DNA from: an uncultured Verrucomicrobiae bacterium
GTDB taxonomy: Bacteria; Verrucomicrobiota; Verrucomicrobiia; Chthoniobacterales; UBA10450
Direction of reading: 5' to 3'
DNA length: 64,000 nt
Assembly: GCA_963742315.1 (NCBI GenBank)
Contig: CAVULE010000003.1
Location: 661,540 to 725,539, forward strand
In this document: positions 61,441 to 64,000 of the stretch, in pieces
Layout: each line of letters opens with the position of its first letter
How positions within the stretch are numbered: position 1 is the stretch's first letter
Notes under the pieces: model-generated
The model's input: the letters and a program-made list of their open reading frames with translations, nothing else
Told to the model about the DNA's origin: nothing
The model's database searches: none
Position numbers and translations under genes: made by a program

Positions 61441-61580
61441 GGAGCGCAGGCTGCCGGGTAGCGCGCGCGTCTCGCGTGCTGGCGAAACCGTCCCGGTTTC
61501 GCGGATTATTAAAGATTGTTTCGGCGAGACGCCGAAACCAGCACGCGAGACGCGTGCGCTACCCGGCAGCCTGCGCTCCC
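61441..61580. repeat. palindromic repeat element, family D copy 2
   Basis: GGAGCGCAGGCTGCCGGGTAGCGCGCGCGTCTCGCGTG…CACGCGAGACGCGTGCGCTACCCGGCAGCCTGCGCTCC: a perfect long inverted repeat sharing 25-nt termini with 12698..12829. Confidence 0.75.
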
Positions 61581-61716
61581 CGGAATTCGGTCCACGCTTT
61601 TCCCCCTTTTGTAACGTTGTAACCCTTTTAACGAATCACGAGCATTTTGCTGGGAGTAACTGTTCGCGAGACAACGGATGGGATGACAAGAAGCAGATCG
61701 CGTCGCATAATCCATC

Positions 61717-62127
61717 ATGGTCAAAGTCTCCGTTAATTATACCGGCAATCTTCACTGCGATGCTACCCACGGGCCGTCACAATCGAAGATCGCGACGGAT
61801 GCGCCGGCGGACAATAAAGGTAAAGGGGAAGCGTTCTCACCCACCGACCTGGTCGCCACTGCTCTCGGCACGTGTATTAGCACGACCATGGGAATAAAGG
61901 CGGAAGAACTCGGCGTCGATCTCCGCGGCATGACCGTCTCGGTGCAGAAAGAAATGTCGAAGGACGCACCGCGGCGGATCGTCGCGTTGCCGTCAGAAGT
62001 TCACATTCCACTTCCGCCAGATTCACCGTACCGCGCCGTGTTGGAACAAACCGCGCTTAATTGTCCGGTGCACAAAAGTCTGCCGCGAGAACTCAACCGC
62101 CCGACCAAATTTTTTTGGGAAGGCTAA
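61717..62127 (+). CDS. OsmC/Ohr family protein
   Basis: …FSPTDLVATALGTCISTTM…ALNCPVHKSL…: the two conserved Cys regions of OsmC. Confidence 0.75.
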   Translation: MVKVSVNYTGNLHCDATHGPSQSKIATDAPADNKGKGEAFSPTDLVATALGTCISTTMGIKAEELGVDLRGMTVSVQKEMSKDAPRRIVALPSEVHIPLPPDSPYRAVLEQTALNCPVHKSLPRELNRPTKFFWEG

Positions 62128-62138
62128 CAATCAACGGC

Positions 62139-62225
62139 TGTCATCCCGAGCGCAGTCGAGGGATCCCGCAACGAAGCTGAAAGCTAATTTCATCGGGTTC
62201 CCGCGACTGCGCCTCGGGATGACAG
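62139..62225. repeat. family A hairpin element copy
   Basis: GTCATCCCGAGCGCAGTCGAGGGATCCCGC…CGGGTTCCCGCGACTGCGCCTCGGGATGACAG. The right terminus overlaps the ATG of the GNAT gene at 62219. Confidence 0.75.
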
Positions 62226-62704
62226 CATTGAAAATACGAAAAGCAATCGAATCAGATGTTCCGCAACTCCTGCCGTTGATGCGCGAACTAGCGGCGTTCG
62301 AAGATTACGCGGACGCCTTTGCAATTAGCGAGGACATTCTACGAAAACAGGGATTCCGGCGATCGCCGCCGGACTTTTATTGTCTGGTTGCGGAAGAAAG
62401 CGGAATTTTGACTGGGCTGCTTGTTTATTACTTCGTCGCCTTCACCTATCGCGCAAAACCAAACATTGTGGTGAAGGAGCTCTACGTCGCCGACGGCCAT
62501 CGCAGCAAGGGGGTGGGAAAACTCTTAATGAAAGCCGTCGCCCAAGAAGCCGAGCGCGCCGGCTGCGGAATGATCAAGTGGTGGGTCGCGAAATGGAATG
62601 AGCGCGGTATCGAGTTTTACGAACGACTCGGTGCGAAAATCGATCCCGACTGGCACGAATTCCAGATGTCTGAGGAAGCGTTTCGAAGACTGGCCGAGTC
62701 CTAA
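62219..62704 (+). CDS. GNAT family N-acetyltransferase
   Basis: …ELYVADGHRSKGVGKLLMKAV… (motif A, Q/RxxGxG/A). Confidence 0.75.
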   Translation: MTALKIRKAIESDVPQLLPLMRELAAFEDYADAFAISEDILRKQGFRRSPPDFYCLVAEESGILTGLLVYYFVAFTYRAKPNIVVKELYVADGHRSKGVGKLLMKAVAQEAERAGCGMIKWWVAKWNERGIEFYERLGAKIDPDWHEFQMSEEAFRRLAES

Positions 62705-62706
62705 CC

Positions 62707-62790
62707 GTCATCCCGAGCGACAGTCGAGGGATCCCGTGGCGCTACCGTTAAGCTTTCATGGCGGGATCTCTCGACTTCGCTCGGGATGAC
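62707..62790. repeat. family A hairpin element copy
   Basis: GTCATCCCGAGCGACAGTCGAGGGATCCCG…CGGGATCTCTCGACTTCGCTCGGGATGAC, 3 nt after the GNAT stop. Confidence 0.75.
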
Positions 62791-62796
62791 CGACAA

Positions 62797-63873
62797 TTAT
62801 CGCGCACCGGCTAATTCGCGTTTTTCCGAAGACCCCGTCTTCGTTGCCGGTTCATCGAGCAACTTCGCATAATCGCGAGCTTTGCGATTCTTCCACGATC
62901 CTTTGTGGTAGGCGTAACCAGCAATCAGCGGCAGCGCGATCGTCGCTTCCGCGTAAACCATCTGCTCGGCGCCCTGGTCGACTTTGCCCCACGAGTTCGC
63001 CTCCCTCAGCGTGGAACCGCTGAGGGCGCCGTCACGCACGTCCGCCACCGTGATTTGCACAGCGTATTTGTGCATCCCGACGTCGAAACCGAGATAATCG
63101 CCGGCCACTACCGTGTCCTGCGCGAAATTCTTCGGCACGCCTCCGCCGATCATGAACAATCCGCTCTGTTTGGAGGCGATTTTAATTTTGGTTAGCTCAA
63201 GAAAATCCTTGGCCGAATCGATGCTGAGATGCTTGTCCGGATTTTCGTACTGATGATGAATCAAACCGAAGCCGGCGCTGCAATCGCTGAAAGCCGGGCA
63301 AAAGATCGGTACCTCTTTCTCGAACGCAGCCAGCACGACCGACTCGCGGTTTTTTCCATTGCTCGTTAGATAACGGCCCATCTCGCGAATAAACTCCCGC
63401 GAAGAATACGGCCGCGGCTCGAGCGAGTCTGCAATTTCGCCGCAAGTGGCGTCGCAAACCCGCAGCTGATCTTCATCAATATAGGTGTCGTAGATGCGAT
63501 CGATGGCGAGGCGGCGCAGAACGTCGTCGTTCATAAAAATGTCGCCCTTGTAATGCTTGAACCCGAGAGCTTCGAAGAAATCCTGATCGACGATGATAGC
63601 TCCGGTGGAAACGATCGCGTCCACCATGTTATTGCGGACCAGATCGACGATGACGTTTTTTAAGCCGGCGGAAATAAGTGAGCCGGCCAGGCACAAAATA
63701 ATGGCGCAGTCTTTTTCCCGCAGCATCGCGTCGTAAATGTCCGCCGCCCGCGCCAGATCGCGCGCCGAGAAGGCCATCTTCGACATCGCTTCCACCAAGG
63801 GAACGACATTATGTTTCTTGATATCGATGTGCTCGACCACATCGACCAGCAGTTCGGATTTTTTTGGATTCAT
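62797..63873 (-). CDS. deoxyhypusine synthase-like protein
   Basis: …LCLAGSLISAGLKNVIVDLVRNNMVDAIVSTGA…GGGVPKNF…: DHS-family NAD-binding signatures. Confidence 0.7.
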   Translation of the reverse strand: MNPKKSELLVDVVEHIDIKKHNVVPLVEAMSKMAFSARDLARAADIYDAMLREKDCAIILCLAGSLISAGLKNVIVDLVRNNMVDAIVSTGAIIVDQDFFEALGFKHYKGDIFMNDDVLRRLAIDRIYDTYIDEDQLRVCDATCGEIADSLEPRPYSSREFIREMGRYLTSNGKNRESVVLAAFEKEVPIFCPAFSDCSAGFGLIHHQYENPDKHLSIDSAKDFLELTKIKIASKQSGLFMIGGGVPKNFAQDTVVAGDYLGFDVGMHKYAVQITVADVRDGALSGSTLREANSWGKVDQGAEQMVYAEATIALPLIAGYAYHKGSWKNRKARDYAKLLDEPATKTGSSEKRELAGAR

Positions 63874-63887
63874 ATTCTATGGCGCTG

Positions 63888-63970
63888 TCATCCCAAGCGG
63901 AGTCGAGGGATCCCGATGACGTTACCTTAAAGTTTCGCGGCACGATCCCTCGATTTACGCTCGGGATGAC
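63888..63970. repeat. family A hairpin element copy
   Basis: GTCATCCCAAGCGGAGTCGAGGGATCCCG…GATCCCTCGATTTACGCTCGGGATGAC. Confidence 0.75.
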
Positions 63971-64000
63971 GCTACGACGGATACAGCCATTTCATATAAT

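Noticed and set aside
1-64000. CRISPR array, prophage, IS element or integrase search
   Set aside because: No spaced direct repeats are present: all repeats found are inverted palindromes. No transposase, integrase, Cas, or phage structural signatures occur among the translated ORFs.

Overview
This is a GC-rich bacterial chromosomal window (~57% GC). The variant PEP-CTERM anchors (TPDTGST / VPDGGST), an H+-pyrophosphatase and the overall gene content are consistent with a Verrucomicrobia-like soil bacterium; that assignment is inference only.

Layout: the first ~30 kb is accessory-like. It carries secreted and PEP-CTERM proteins, two YVTN beta-propellers, DUF305 and DUF1259 proteins, chrB-chrA, a divergent pair of secreted heme-peroxidase and vanadium-haloperoxidase-like genes, a LytS/LytTR two-component pair, an ACE-like M2 peptidase, and an MscS channel with a cNMP-binding domain plus an orphan receiver protein. 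The 30-47 kb stretch mixes a flotillin, H+-PPase, tRNA-Gln, tadA, tyrS, bioD-purQ-purS and a PE+LIG-type ligD. The 47-60 kb stretch is core, all on the minus strand: tsf, rpsB, rpoC, rpoB, rplL, rplJ, rplA. rplK and nusG are absent upstream of rplA.

The most striking thing I could see directly is several families of palindromic REP/MITE-like repeat elements scattered through the intergenic spaces:
- family A: termini GTCATCCCGAGC ... GCTCGGGATGAC
- family B: CATTGGTAGGGCGAGACTCCGTCGAGCCG
- family C: TTGTAGGGC ... GCCCTACAA
- family D: CCGGGTAGCGCRCGCGTCTCGCGTG hairpins
- family E: CTGTAGCSACGGYCTATGASCCGT
One family-C copy lies in-frame inside the ligD interdomain linker, one family-A copy sits in the rpoB-rpoC spacer, and one family-A copy supplies a GNAT gene's start codon.

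Two genes have apparent 1-nt frameshifts. The ligD N-terminus is broken: its catalytic His-Arg-His region is stranded upstream of the called start. The PEP-CTERM gene at 29.1-30.0 kb has its anchor in a different frame from its N-terminal domain.

No CRISPR array, transposase, integrase or recognisable defence genes were seen, and I cannot name a discrete novel 'system' from sequence alone. The repeat families, especially the in-frame one, are the strongest unexplained structure.
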